DNA of 64,000 bases from NCBI GenBank assembly GCA_963771465.1, contig CAVYTU010000009.1:160001-224000 (forward strand), written 5' to 3'. Shown piece by piece: positions 1 to 10,800 of this stretch (its first letter is position 1; every line of letters begins with the position of its first letter). The DNA comes from an uncultured delta proteobacterium. Lineage in GTDB: Bacteria; Desulfobacterota; Binatia; UBA9968. The notes under the pieces are model-generated. The model had not been told where the DNA came from and searched no databases. It saw nothing but the letters and a program-made list of their open reading frames with translations. The position numbers and the translations under genes were made by a program.

Positions 1-146
1 GTGTCCACCGTGGTTAAAGTATCGCGGTGGTGTAGAACTAGGCAGCAAATTGGCCTGCGTACCCGCATGGCTGATTGCGATGGGGCGGTATTAGTGATTG
101 ACAAACAGCTGTAACGTGGGCAATAGACGCAACAAAATACGGAGCG

Positions 147-401
147 ATAGATCGTAAAAGATTATTCGCATGCCTGGCGCTTTTGCTGGGACTGACAAGC
201 CCGCTTCTTGCTGACGACACCGATAAATGGAAGCTGCGCCAGCAGCAAGACGAGTTGCGTGAAGAGTACGACAAAATGCGCCGTCAACACGAAGAGCAGC
301 TGCGCCAGTTTGAGGAACGACAAAGGCGGATCAAACAGCTTAGGCGGAATCGACGGCCGCGCGAGGGCACAAAAGGGCAAGGCGTGGAGTCCGGCTCGTA
401 A
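147..401 (+). CDS. small putative secreted coiled-coil protein
   Basis: ORF 183-401 extends in frame to an ATA at 147, just after GGAG. This gives a signal-peptide-like IDRKRLFACLALLLGLTSPLLA followed by a Q/E/R-rich helix. Start codon uncertain. Confidence 0.4.
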   Translation: MDRKRLFACLALLLGLTSPLLADDTDKWKLRQQQDELREEYDKMRRQHEEQLRQFEERQRRIKQLRRNRRPREGTKGQGVESGS

Positions 402-594
402 TATCAAAAAATTTTATTGGGCTTGGAGCTTCACGCCGTTGGGTGGCATCCGATCGACGCGTGCCCCACACATCGCCCCCTTCTTACCCAGGCCTTTCCA
501 GACCTCTAGCCTCCCACTATTCCCCCAAGCCTGTTTGGGCTAATGAGGTTGTGAAGCGACTACACTGCTGTCTCCCTCCCGTTTGGATCGCCCG

Positions 595-1835
595 CTACGG
601 CCGCGACGCGGGGTGTTGGGTGACCGCGTTGGGAGCTTTACCGGGCACAAAGGCGCCTGATTTGTAGAAACATCCCTTGACCACGTTGGGCACGGGATCA
701 CCCTGCTGAAAAAAATCTTGATTGCATTGAAAAGACCCGCTTAGGTTGTCGCGATAAACAAAGCCAGTGAGATTTCCAAACGCAACTCTAGAAACTCCCG
801 CAGGCAGCACGCAGCGTGAATCCTGCCACGTACAAATCGTGTGTCCCGGTAACGCTGGCGGCGCGTAGGTCACCCCGATCGTGGCCTCTGTCGCAGTCAT
901 GCCTTTATTTTCAAACCATATCGGCACGCGAGGCTCTTGCCAAATATCTTTGATAAAGCCCCAAAATTGCGAGCTGTTGGGATTGCTGAGCGCCGCCTGT
1001 TCGATGATCAGACCGACGGGCTTACCCGCCGACAAACCCGTACCGTTTCGATACGTGACGAAGTAAGTAAAGCCGTCGGCCTTGGATACCGTGAGTCCTT
1101 TAGCCCTGGATCCTGGGTGTCCATCGCCTTGATGGTGTGCGTGCCAGGGGCGACGACATCGGTAAGCGTCGGCTGTTTGCCGTTGTTGAGCCAGCCAGCG
1201 CGCAGCCGATTCCACGGACCGAACGGGCCCCCTGAGTTCCCCATCACTTCATTGGTGTTGCAATACTGAGAGCCACCGCCGACGCCCTGCGCGCAACCCG
1301 AATGATAAGCCCAAACAATACCGTGACCGATAAGTTCGTGGCCGACGACACCCCAACTGTAATCGCCGGTGAACGCCGCGCTTTGCGAAGGGTAAGTGCC
1401 CATCGATGAAGTGCCTCGGCCAAATGGACATTGAGATTGCGGCATCAAGGACATGAAGGCGTCGTACTGCGTAAGCGGACAACCTTGTGCCTCGGCTGTG
1501 GCTCTCCCTTGGGCATGAACCGTAGCCGGCTGACACGTTTGCGAGGTGAGCGTCGTGTTGACCACAATCACGTCACCGCCTGGCTGATTGGGATTCCTAA
1601 CGCCGACCAGCCACATACCGCCATAACTCGACTCGCGTGTGTTCTTGTCAATTTCGGCCCTCAAAGCGCGCGCCTGAGATTCATTCAACGCATTGGTCCT
1701 ATCCGTGTAGTTGGCGACGATCCACAAGACACGCTTGGGTCCGGTGACATTGCGAATCACCGGGACTTGGGCGTGGGCGTTCTTCGACAGGCTCAGGATG
1801 AGCGGCGATGCGATGAAAAGGGATAACAATAGCAA
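595..1835 (-). CDS. secreted zinc metallopeptidase-like protein (M11/M6-like) with a Cys-containing C-terminal domain; one frameshift near 1100
   Basis: Signal peptide ending AHA-Q; GHELIGH...YH...EVMG metzincin-like motif. ORFs 1008-1835 and 595-1215 join as ...DPGLK/GLTVSKADG if one A is added to an A run. The C-terminus has a C..C..FG..C...GDPVPNVVKGC module. Confidence 0.5.
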
Positions 1836-2688
1836 TGTGAGCGTGAATCGTGGTCGTGTTTGTCTCAGTGGTTTATGCCTTTAAGCACCCTCGCTTCCTT
1901 CATCCACCTGTATGTGCGAATCAGGTCCGCGTCGCGCATCGGTTGCTCGCCGATTCAGCTTAGCCGCTGACAGGTTTCGTCATCCATTCCTACCTCGCGG
2001 GGATGATGAGAAGTAAATATGCTGCGTTGCCGAGGCACGACGTCACGTTGCCACCGCCAATGATCGACGCCCTCTTCTCTCGGAAGTGAACGGCTAGATC
2101 ATTCATCTTGTCCACAGCACCGGGCCGCATGCCGCTTTCCTATCTATTTGGTCATGCAATGTTCCAAACTTTACCTTGTTCTCGATCCACTTTTAGTGAC
2201 ATAGCCCAACTATTATTAAATTCGGCGCCATCTTAGCCGACTTTTTGACCAAGTGTCGCGATACGTGGTTGCTCGAAGCGGCCATTTTGAAAAAGGCGGA
2301 CCTATTCTTCAAAAGATCCAATGTGTGCAACAACGGCGAATCGCGATACTCTGTGAAGACATCAGGCGCATAACCTCCTCGTCATAGCGCGACCGTTGAG
2401 GCTGCCAGTAGATCGCGATATAAGGAAGGTGCTTGGCTCGTCCCAGCCCTAGGACGGTCATTTGTTTCTCTGGTTTTTCCGCAACCATTGGACTTTAACG
2501 TGCAAAGCCAGGTGTTGATTCAATCTGAATCAATAATGAGGAATGTCAGCAACGGTCGGACGATTCTGAAAGGAAGGGAACCTTCTGAGAGTGGAATAAT
2601 TATATTTTTGTCTTGCCAGATTTGCTGAGCTTATTTTGGCGCTGTTTCTTCGACGCTTTGCGGACTTTTTTTGCTCCCCGGATCTTTT

Positions 2689-3417
2689 TCAATTCTTTTT
2701 GTCGAGCCATATCCTCGCCCTTCCGTTTTCATCACGGTCATCCATTCGCTCACTATTCGTTAGAAAATTATCCGTTTGAGTAGCGCGCATTTGCGCCAAT
2801 TTAAGATCCGTAATCATCGAGATATCGGCTTTAAGCACCTGCTGCATCAACATCAGCACCTCATGGGTGCGGTCATTGGACTCGGAGGCGATACAGTCGG
2901 ATGGAACGTAGATCCGGAAATTGCGCATATAGGCATCATTCTCGCTGAAGAGCACGCAAATATCCGCCGCCATTCCGGTAATAATAAGAGTTGTGACGCC
3001 GAGGTATCCTAGGAGAATTTCCAAGTTGGTCTGAAAAAAAGCGGAGTGCCTCGGCTTAAGAACGAAATAGTCATCCTCATCCGGCTGAAGCTGCAAGGCG
3101 ATCGGCCGGCCCCGAACGCCGCCCTGCAAGCAGTGGTTCACGAGTTTGGGGAAATCGGAACGCCAGCGGCCGAAATTATCATTTGCGTAAATGACCGGAA
3201 TGCCTTGCGCCTTGACGCGACGCTTAAGACTCGCCAACGCGGCGGCCATCGGCAGCGCGTGGGATAAAAGTTTTTCTCCGCCGTCAAATTCCAAATCGTT
3301 AATTACGTCGATCAGTAGAAGTCCCACATCGGAGCGATCTGGGGCAGGGTTAAGCGGGTCAGAATGGTGCGCAGCCCTACTCATAAAAATGCTCGGTAAT
3401 GAGGGCAGCCTTTCCAC
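2689..3417 (-). CDS. isochorismatase-family cysteine hydrolase
   Basis: LLIDVIND, KPRHSAF and GMAADICV supply the D-K-C triad. The real start may be the ATG at 3384. Confidence 0.9.
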   Translation of the reverse strand: MERLPSLPSIFMSRAAHHSDPLNPAPDRSDVGLLLIDVINDLEFDGGEKLLSHALPMAAALASLKRRVKAQGIPVIYANDNFGRWRSDFPKLVNHCLQGGVRGRPIALQLQPDEDDYFVLKPRHSAFFQTNLEILLGYLGVTTLIITGMAADICVLFSENDAYMRNFRIYVPSDCIASESNDRTHEVLMLMQQVLKADISMITDLKLAQMRATQTDNFLTNSERMDDRDENGRARIWLDKKN

Positions 3418-3431
3418 GGCCGCAGCGTTCT

Positions 3432-3665
3432 TTAAGAAACTCGATTCTCAAGATGGTCATCGATCCACGCTTTGGCTAGGTCGATTAGGTAGCCCTCTGC
3501 TTCACGCCAACTTCTGAAGTTTTGTAACGGGCTTTCTATCGCATGTATTCTTCGCTGTCCGTCAGCCAGGCAGAAGATTTCGACGACGGGAATCCAGCCT
3601 TTAGTAATTTTGTCGACTTGAGCGGAGACAACGATCAATTGATTTTTGTAGGAGAGGTTAGCCAT
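3432..3665 (-). CDS. small hypothetical protein
   Basis: 77-aa ATG ORF with a protein-like pattern (YKNQLIVV...W.P...EAE...AKAWID), downstream of a sigma54-like motif. Confidence 0.6.
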   Translation of the reverse strand: MANLSYKNQLIVVSAQVDKITKGWIPVVEIFCLADGQRRIHAIESPLQNFRSWREAEGYLIDLAKAWIDDHLENRVS

Positions 3666-3738
3666 TGTTCGAGGTCTAGTGCCACGACCTTGCTCGGTCG
3701 CTCAGCGCTCGGGTGACAATTGCCCTCCTCTAGGAGAG

Positions 3739-3754
3739 AGCAATTTGAATGCCG
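3739..3754 (-). promoter_or_regulatory. putative sigma54 (-24/-12) promoter
   Basis: Minus strand reads CGGCATTCAAATTGCT, i.e. GG-N10-GC with TTGC. Confidence 0.5.
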
Positions 3755-3923
3755 AGTACAAACTTCTTACAACACTTGATGTCGGTGCCAACGCGAGGGA
3801 CGGCGAAAAACGTTGTTGAATTGTGGCTAACGATTAGTGCTGTTATGGCCTGGGTGAATTGCAAATTCTTGCTTTAGTCATTTGCGCACTAGTTGTGTGT
3901 TACTCTTAGGAAGAAAGAGTGTT

Positions 3924-4541
3924 TCATAGACCTACGGAGTCCGAAAAGCGCAACAGATTGGCGTCGCATCCCTGTGCCTTTTTTGGGACGTCAATGTAAG
4001 TGAGTTCCCGGTTGTCATTGACACAGCGCAGCAATAAGCCGCCGCGACTCATGTCGCCCCGACCGATAAACTCTGCGGGGACGCGTAGCCGACGTGCGAA
4101 TATCGGACTCAATAAATTCAAATATTTGCCTGTGGCGATACTTCCCAACAGCACCACTTCGCACTCGGACCCAATCGCGCTATCGAGCTGCTTCGCGCTG
4201 CATCGAAGTGAAGAACAATAGAGCTGGTTCCTAACGTCAATCGCGCCCCGACTGAATAGCCGCAGTGTCGATATTCGAATCAGCATATCGTGCGGTACGA
4301 GACCCATGGTCGGCGTAATGATAAAAATCCCAGCGCAATCGGCAGGCGGCCGCGCAAAAGTCTGTGCATAGGAGACCTTGCCACGAAAATACAGCGAGCT
4401 CACAAAACTAAAAACCTCTGACAGCGGAACACCCGACCCACGTAGGCGTTTCGCCAGCTTTGATGAGCTGGCTTTTGTGAGCAGGCAACGGGCGCGTACG
4501 CCATTACAATTCGCCGGCGAAAGCACAAAAACACGGTTCAT
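3924..4541 (-). CDS. hypothetical protein, last gene of the NHEJ operon (possibly remote YaaA/DUF6884-like)
   Basis: 205-aa ORF with an ATGA overlap to the polX stop; VFVLSPA and IITPTMGLVP segments. Confidence 0.75.
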   Translation of the reverse strand: MNRVFVLSPANCNGVRARCLLTKASSSKLAKRLRGSGVPLSEVFSFVSSLYFRGKVSYAQTFARPPADCAGIFIITPTMGLVPHDMLIRISTLRLFSRGAIDVRNQLYCSSLRCSAKQLDSAIGSECEVVLLGSIATGKYLNLLSPIFARRLRVPAEFIGRGDMSRGGLLLRCVNDNRELTYIDVPKKAQGCDANLLRFSDSVGL

Positions 4542-6244
4542 GGATGAATGGCCCGCATGAAATCCTCTACACCGAGGGTATTCAAAACCTCTCCACGCAT
4601 GAGCCAGCCACGCCGGGCCATCGACACGCCAAAAGGCAAATTTGCCAAGCCAGCAATGGAATGTGCGTCCGTCGATACGATGAATTTAATGCCGCGATTG
4701 CGAGCCAGGCGAATCCAATGCGGCTCCAGATCGAGCCGGTGTGGGTCGCCGTTGACCTCGATAGCGCAGCGGGATTCAGCGACGGCGTCCAATACTTCTT
4801 CCAACCGGCAAGCAAACGGTGGCCGCGAGGGGATCAGTCGTCCGAGCGGATGACCCCAGACTTTGAAGATCGGCAATTTCAGCGCGCGCAATAGCCGCCG
4901 GGTCATTTGATCGGCATCCATCTTGTGTCGCGCGTGAATACTGGCGATGACGATATCGAATTGGTTTAACAAATAGTCGGGATAGTCCAGGGACCCGTCT
5001 TCGAGAATGTCCGATTCGGTGCCTTTCAATAGTCTGATACTCACGCGTTCCTGTACCCGAGCGATCTCGTCCCACTGCGCCCGCAATCGATCGATTCCTA
5101 GACCCCCTGCATAGGATGCGCTCTGCGAATGATCGGTAATCGTCAGATAGCTCATGCCCATGGCTTGGGCCGCCAACGCCATCTCTTCGATACTGTTGCG
5201 GCCATCGGAATAGTCCGTGTGGCAATGAGTCATACCCCGAATGTCTTCAAGCGCTAGCGGTTGGGGCAGCGTTCCATTACTAGCCGCCTCAACCTCACCT
5301 TCATCCTCGCGCAGCTCCGGCGGGATATATTGAAGTCCCAAGTGCTGATAGATTTCACTTTCGCTCCCCATACCGCGTTGTTTGCCGCCGCCACACTCGA
5401 CAAGATAAGGCAACTCGCGGGAGTGCGATATCTCTTGGAGTTTAGCGAGGTGCTTCGCCGAACCGGTCCGGGCGTGTAGTGTGGCGATATACGCGTCTGG
5501 CGATACCACTACGAGTTCCGTCTGCAAACCTCCCGCTAGGCGACCACGGCATCGTGTCTCGTCTAGCTCATCAGTGTGGGCCAGCGGGGGGAAGCCCAGA
5601 AATCGATCAATCACTGCTCTCGGTTGATCGCTGGCAGCCACGATACAAATCTGTCGTATGGTTTCTTGGCGCCGCCGGAGCGCTCCCGCAACCTGCGCAT
5701 CGATCAACTCTGAACATGTTCGCAAATGTTGCAGGATCTGCTCCGCTTGTTCCACAGCTTGATTGAGCAATAGGAAATTTTCGTCGCGGTTTTCCAGCTT
5801 TTCAATCCCTGCGAGTATCCTTGCCTGAGATTTCGTGCCGAATCCCTTCACGTTGCCCACCAGGCCTTCTTTACAAGCCGCTTTAAGATCAGCGACACTC
5901 TCAATCCGCAGGTCGTCGTACAGCGCGATAATTTTCTTGAGGCTTAGTCCAGGAACGTCGCTCAACTCGATGACTCCAGGCGGCAGCCCTTGGCAGAGCT
6001 GCTGAAGCATCCAACACTCACCCGTGCTGTAGATCTCTTCGATGATCGAAGAGAGCGCATTGCCAATGCCGGGAATTTCTCTTAGGCGCCGGTCTTTGAC
6101 GAGATCGTCAAGATCGCCCTCAAGACTTCCCAGGGCTTCCGCACCTCGAATGAATGCTAACGTTTTAAAACGATTTTCACCTTTTATTTCGAGCAGGCGG
6201 GCGATCGTCCTAAGATCTGCGGCGATATCGAACCTATCCTTCAT
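4538..6244 (-). CDS. polX: DNA polymerase X family / PHP 3'-5' exonuclease, with a degenerate polymerase active site
   Basis: HhH motifs (IPGIG, VKGFG), YIPPELRED, and PHP motifs HCHTDYSDG, TDHS, GHP, STDAH. The usual GDxD motif reads RQIC. Confidence 0.93.
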   Translation of the reverse strand: MKDRFDIAADLRTIARLLEIKGENRFKTLAFIRGAEALGSLEGDLDDLVKDRRLREIPGIGNALSSIIEEIYSTGECWMLQQLCQGLPPGVIELSDVPGLSLKKIIALYDDLRIESVADLKAACKEGLVGNVKGFGTKSQARILAGIEKLENRDENFLLLNQAVEQAEQILQHLRTCSELIDAQVAGALRRRQETIRQICIVAASDQPRAVIDRFLGFPPLAHTDELDETRCRGRLAGGLQTELVVVSPDAYIATLHARTGSAKHLAKLQEISHSRELPYLVECGGGKQRGMGSESEIYQHLGLQYIPPELREDEGEVEAASNGTLPQPLALEDIRGMTHCHTDYSDGRNSIEEMALAAQAMGMSYLTITDHSQSASYAGGLGIDRLRAQWDEIARVQERVSIRLLKGTESDILEDGSLDYPDYLLNQFDIVIASIHARHKMDADQMTRRLLRALKLPIFKVWGHPLGRLIPSRPPFACRLEEVLDAVAESRCAIEVNGDPHRLDLEPHWIRLARNRGIKFIVSTDAHSIAGLANLPFGVSMARRGWLMRGEVLNTLGVEDFMRAIHP

Positions 6245-6262
6245 GGTCCTTGCTGCCGTTAA

Positions 6263-8861
6263 CTATCGTCTGTAACCTAGCTTTTTCATCATCGTTTTAG
6301 TTACGGATTGCCGTAGTGACATAAACTCTTTCCATGGATCACGCTTTAGCCGCTTTAACCGATCAGGAACATTCTTGACGTTAAAATAATCGTAGCGCAC
6401 GTCCCGAGCGATCTCCGCCCATTCAATCGGCGTCGAAACCGGCGCGTTGGCTTTCGCGCGAATCGAATAAGCTGCCACTGCCGTTGAGCCCTCTCCGTTG
6501 CGCAGGTAATCAATAAAAATCTTGCCGTGTCGAGACACTTTAAGAAGCTTGCTGGTGAAACGATCCGGAAAGGTTTGGACGAACAGTTCGGCAATCGTTT
6601 GGCTAAAACCTTTTATCTCCTCCCAGGGTAATGTGGGTGTGATTGGAATAACGACATGCAGGCCTTTGCCGCCCGTAGTTTTCAAAAATCCGCGCAGGCC
6701 TAGGCTGTCGAGCAGAGTCTTTAATAAATTCACTGCTTCGGTAATCTTCTCCCATTCGAGGGATTCGTCGGGATCAAAGTCGAAAACGATGCGGTCGGGG
6801 AAATCTAACTTAGGTTTGCGCGATCCCCATGGGTGCAGCTCCAGGGTTCCCATTTGCGTCAGCGCCACAAGCGCGCTTACAGAGTTAGCCATCATATACG
6901 AAGCAGGGCCTCCGCTATCATGAACAGCAACTCGATCGATGACTTCCGCCACGCTTTGATCGGCATGTTTTTGGTAAAAACACTCCTTATTCCACCCATT
7001 GGGACATCTCAGTAGTGTAAGCGGCCGATTTCGGAGGTGCGGAATTACCCAATCACCGATCGATTCATAATAAACCGCGAGATCTCGTTTCGTAATCGCG
7101 GCCTCCGGGTAAAGGACTTTGTCTGGGTTGGTCAGCTTGACGCCGGCGACAATATCGTGGGCCTTTCCCGCAATCGTTTTGATTTTCTTTCGCCGCGATA
7201 AACTCAACTCCGATGCCTGGGAAGGGTTTGAGGTAACATTTATAACCGGTTCTTCACGCACGATATCTCGCGCCCTTTTGTCTTTGCGCAGGCCTAGGAA
7301 AGACGGGTTGCGTAGGATTGCGTCAGAAGTCCATTCTGTAAATGCAACTTGGGCAACGAGTTCCGGCTTAACCCAATGGGCGCGCCGTCCTTCTATCCCC
7401 TTAGGCGGGTTTACAAATGATGGCCTATCCTGAATCAGCGAATCCAAAGTCTTCCGAAACTGCACGAGGAATGAATGATCGAATCCAGTGCCGACTTTAC
7501 CTGCATAACGCAATTTACCGACGGGGTCATAAACCCCGATCAAAAGAGCACCGAATCCTTGACGCGAGCCTTCCGGATCAGTGAATCCACCGACGACGAA
7601 TTCCTGCTGTTTTCCGCATTTTACTTTGAGCCAGGAGTCACTGCGCGAACCCGTATACTTCGAAGTCCGAAGTTTCGAAATCATTCCCTCGAGCCCAAGA
7701 TTGCGGACTTCGGCAAAAAACTTCGGCCCAGTCACGTTGAAATGGTCGCTATAGCGAATGCTGCTTGCCGTCGGTATAACGCGTTTTAACAACGCCTTTC
7801 GTTGCTCTAGACCGACCTCACGTAAGTCATAACCATTCAAATATGGCAGGTCGAATAAATAGTAGAGTTCCCCGCCCGTTGCTTTTGTCGAAAGCGCATT
7901 TTGCAATGCCTGGAAGCTGCTACGTCCTTGGGCGTCCAGACTCACAATTTCACCGTCGACCCAAGCGTTTTCTATGGGTAAGTCCAGCAATGCCTTTGCT
8001 ATGAGGGGAAATTCCGCAGTCCATTCTCGATGATTACGCGAATAGATGTGAACCGTATTCCCCTCAATTCGGCCCAGCATTCGATATCCGTCATATTTGA
8101 TTTCATGTACCCATCGGTCGCTTGTGGGAGCGCTGTCGGTCGATTTTGCGAGCTGTGGATTAATGAGATCTGGGAGCGCAGATTTTCGCGCTCCAACTAT
8201 ATTTGCTAAATCGATCCGCGCTCTCACCTTTCTACGAACACCGTTCTTGACGTTTTCTGAAACAGACTTGTTCGAGTGCCAAACCCGCGCTGGATCGGCG
8301 GCAATCTGTTTAAGGCTGCGATGGGTCGTAACGCTATCGGGTTGATCATCGACCACACGCGCATCGCTTCCCGTACGCGCGTATTCGTCATCCTCTTTGA
8401 AAAGGAGCCACGCATTATCGCCGTATTTGCCGCCGCGGCTCTTTACTAGAGTCCACCCACCCTGAAGTTTTTCGCCCTGTAAGCTCGAACTTGAGCTTGC
8501 CATTCTTATAGCCGGCGACAGGATCGCCCGTCGGCAACCAAGTGCCGCGATCCCAAAGCATCACCGTTCCCGCGCCATATTGTTTCGCTGGAATGATTCC
8601 CTCGAACTCGCCGTACTCGATGGGGTGATCTTCGACATGCATCGCGAGCCGTTTATCATTAGGATCAAGACTTGGCCCCTTTGGTACGGCCCAGCTGAGC
8701 AACACGCCGTTGAGCTCCAATCTGAAATCGTAGTGCAAGCGAGAGGCAGCGTGCTTCTGAATTACGAAGGTAAGCCTTCGACCTGTGGGCTTTCCCAGCT
8801 TGCCTCTTGGTTCCGGAGTGCGCTCGAAATCGCGTTTTTTGCGATACAGATCTAGGTCCAT
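6263..8861 (-). CDS. ligD: DNA ligase D (phosphoesterase + ATP-dependent ligase + primase-polymerase); one frameshift near 8481
   Basis: PE domain [18 protein letters not shown], ligase EIKYDGYR, and polymerase FDFDP / [10 protein letters not shown]. ORFs 8415-8876 and 6263-8503 join as [13 protein letters not shown] if one base is removed. Confidence 0.93.
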
Positions 8862-8904
8862 AGAATTAACGAGCAAAACAAACCGAGTGAGAGCTCGGTC
8901 CTGC

Positions 8905-9720
8905 CTATTTGCCCAAATAGAGATTGCGAGCAGTTCGAAGGTGGCTAAAGGCGTCTTTTTTCTTGCCTAGCGCATCGAGAATAAGTCCGAGATTGTAGTG
9001 GGCGTCTGCGAAAGCGGGATCGCGCTCAATCGCCGCCGCGTACGAGCGGGCAGCATCCGCCGGCCGTTTTAAATCTTCCAGAAGAACGCCCAAATTGAAG
9101 TGGGGAGTCGGATCAGCCGCATCGATTGCCAGCGCCGCTCGGTAATGCTTCTCGCTTTGCGCCAATTGCCCTGTCTTGTGGAATAGCCTGCCTAAATTGA
9201 CATGGGCGTCACTAATCGTAGGATCCAGTTCAAGCGCCCTGTGGTAAGCGTTAGTCGCCTCCGCTGGAGATGTTTCCTCTAGCTCGCAACCTTGGCTAAA
9301 CCAGTCTCTGGCAGCGAGGTTCCGTTTTACCGATTTACGCGAAGTCAATTCCGCGGCGCGTAGAACAATATGTGGATCGAAATCGAACAGAAACTGTCCC
9401 GTATCAGGTTGATACTTAACTGTACCGTCCCGAACCACGATACGTTGGCCATCGGCGTAAATTTTGAGTCGTGTCAACGATTCTTCATTGGGAATGCGCT
9501 TCTTCAACGACGACAGAACTCGAATTACTTTTTTTACTGGGACTTTGGCATCGAGGAGGCTCTTGGCAGTTTTCAAAAACAACAGGTCCCGAAAATTGAA
9601 TCGTAACGTTTTCCTATTGTTTCGTTCAGGCACAATAAAACCGGACCGCACGAACGAGCGAACCCGGCTATTCGGCAGATTCAGAATACTGGCCACTTCG
9701 TCGGTGGAAAACAATTTCAT
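8905..9720 (-). CDS. MerR-like HTH plus tetratricopeptide-repeat protein
   Basis: N-terminal [10 protein letters not shown]...VRSFVRSG...FNFRDL HTH-like segment. C-terminal TPRs (AHVNLG, PHFNLG, AHYNLG). ATGA overlap with ku. Confidence 0.85.
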   Translation of the reverse strand: MKLFSTDEVASILNLPNSRVRSFVRSGFIVPERNNRKTLRFNFRDLLFLKTAKSLLDAKVPVKKVIRVLSSLKKRIPNEESLTRLKIYADGQRIVVRDGTVKYQPDTGQFLFDFDPHIVLRAAELTSRKSVKRNLAARDWFSQGCELEETSPAEATNAYHRALELDPTISDAHVNLGRLFHKTGQLAQSEKHYRAALAIDAADPTPHFNLGVLLEDLKRPADAARSYAAAIERDPAFADAHYNLGLILDALGKKKDAFSHLRTARNLYLGK

Positions 9721-10568
9721 TTCTTATTAGAAGACTGCGCTTTTTTCGGTGACATTTCAGTTGATTTCGCTCGAACTGCCGGTTTCCTTTCTTTGGGTAC
9801 GCTTCCTAGACTCTTTTTCAATGCCTCCATTAGGTCAATGACATTGCCTCGTTGCGGCGGAGTTTGAGAGATGGTGATCTCTTCGCCTTCCGCCTTTTTC
9901 TTTACTAAGTCCAACACGCGTTGCGCATACTCGTCCTCATATTTTTCGGGTTCGAAGGCGTCATTTGATAGCTCATCGATCAGACGCATCGCCAGCTTCG
10001 TCTCGGGAGCGGTAATTTTGACGGTTTCCCCTTTGCCAATCTCGTCGAAGCTGCGCACCTCATTGAAAAAATACATCGTATGCATTACCAGCCCTTTTTG
10101 CGCTGGACGAATTATGACGAGGTTCTCTTTACCTCTGAGAACAAATTTCGCAACCGCAACCTTGCCGGCCTGGACCATCGAATCGGTTAGGAGGCGATAC
10201 GCTTTTTCACCCCCTTTATCGGGCCCCAGATAGTAGCTTTTCTCAAAATAAATAGGATCTACTTTTGACAGGGGAACAAATTCCGAGATTTCGATAGCCT
10301 CTGAAGCTTGACCCTCGAGCGCCTTCAGTTCGTCATCCGTCAGTCTGACATATTGGTTCTTCTCGAATTCATATCCTTTCACTAATTCCTCACGTTCGAC
10401 GACTTCTTTGCAAACTGGACAAAAACGCTGCTGCTTGATCCGGCTGCCACATTTTGCGTGCAAAAGGTTAAAACTCGGTGATTCGGACGAAGCCGCTACG
10501 TAGAGATTTACTGGGATTGAAACGAGCCCGAATGAGATCGCGCCGGAGCCTATCGATCGTATTGCCAT
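9717..10568 (-). CDS. ku: non-homologous end joining protein Ku
   Basis: GAISFGLVSIPV, LVKGYE, VDPIYFEKSYYL, VIDLMEALKKS and a basic tail. Confidence 0.97.
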   Translation of the reverse strand: MAIRSIGSGAISFGLVSIPVNLYVAASSESPSFNLLHAKCGSRIKQQRFCPVCKEVVEREELVKGYEFEKNQYVRLTDDELKALEGQASEAIEISEFVPLSKVDPIYFEKSYYLGPDKGGEKAYRLLTDSMVQAGKVAVAKFVLRGKENLVIIRPAQKGLVMHTMYFFNEVRSFDEIGKGETVKITAPETKLAMRLIDELSNDAFEPEKYEDEYAQRVLDLVKKKAEGEEITISQTPPQRGNVIDLMEALKKSLGSVPKERKPAVRAKSTEMSPKKAQSSNKK

Positions 10569-10800
10569 AGAATTGTCCTCCTCAACTTTAGGTTACCAAA
10601 TCTTTTTTACGAATCTATATGCGATTTATGACCGAAAGAAAGTCGTACTATACAACGATTATTGCAAAAGCGACAGTTGGCTAGAATGCGATACCTAAGG
10701 CATATTGCAGACGTTGCGCGCGCTGATCGGTCCGAGAGCGCGCTCATCCTAAAGCAGATGACCTGCTGAGATGCGTCAAGTTAAGTGATATATTTACAGC

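Noticed and set aside
1836-2688. Long AT-richer intergenic stretch as a possible ncRNA or mobile element
   Set aside because: I recognised no terminal repeats, transposase fragment, tRNA or riboswitch pattern; an Rfam scan would be needed.
8415-8503. Programmed frameshift or naturally split ligD
   Set aside because: The break lies inside the phosphoesterase domain, I see no convincing slippery site at the junction, and similar indels occur elsewhere in the window.
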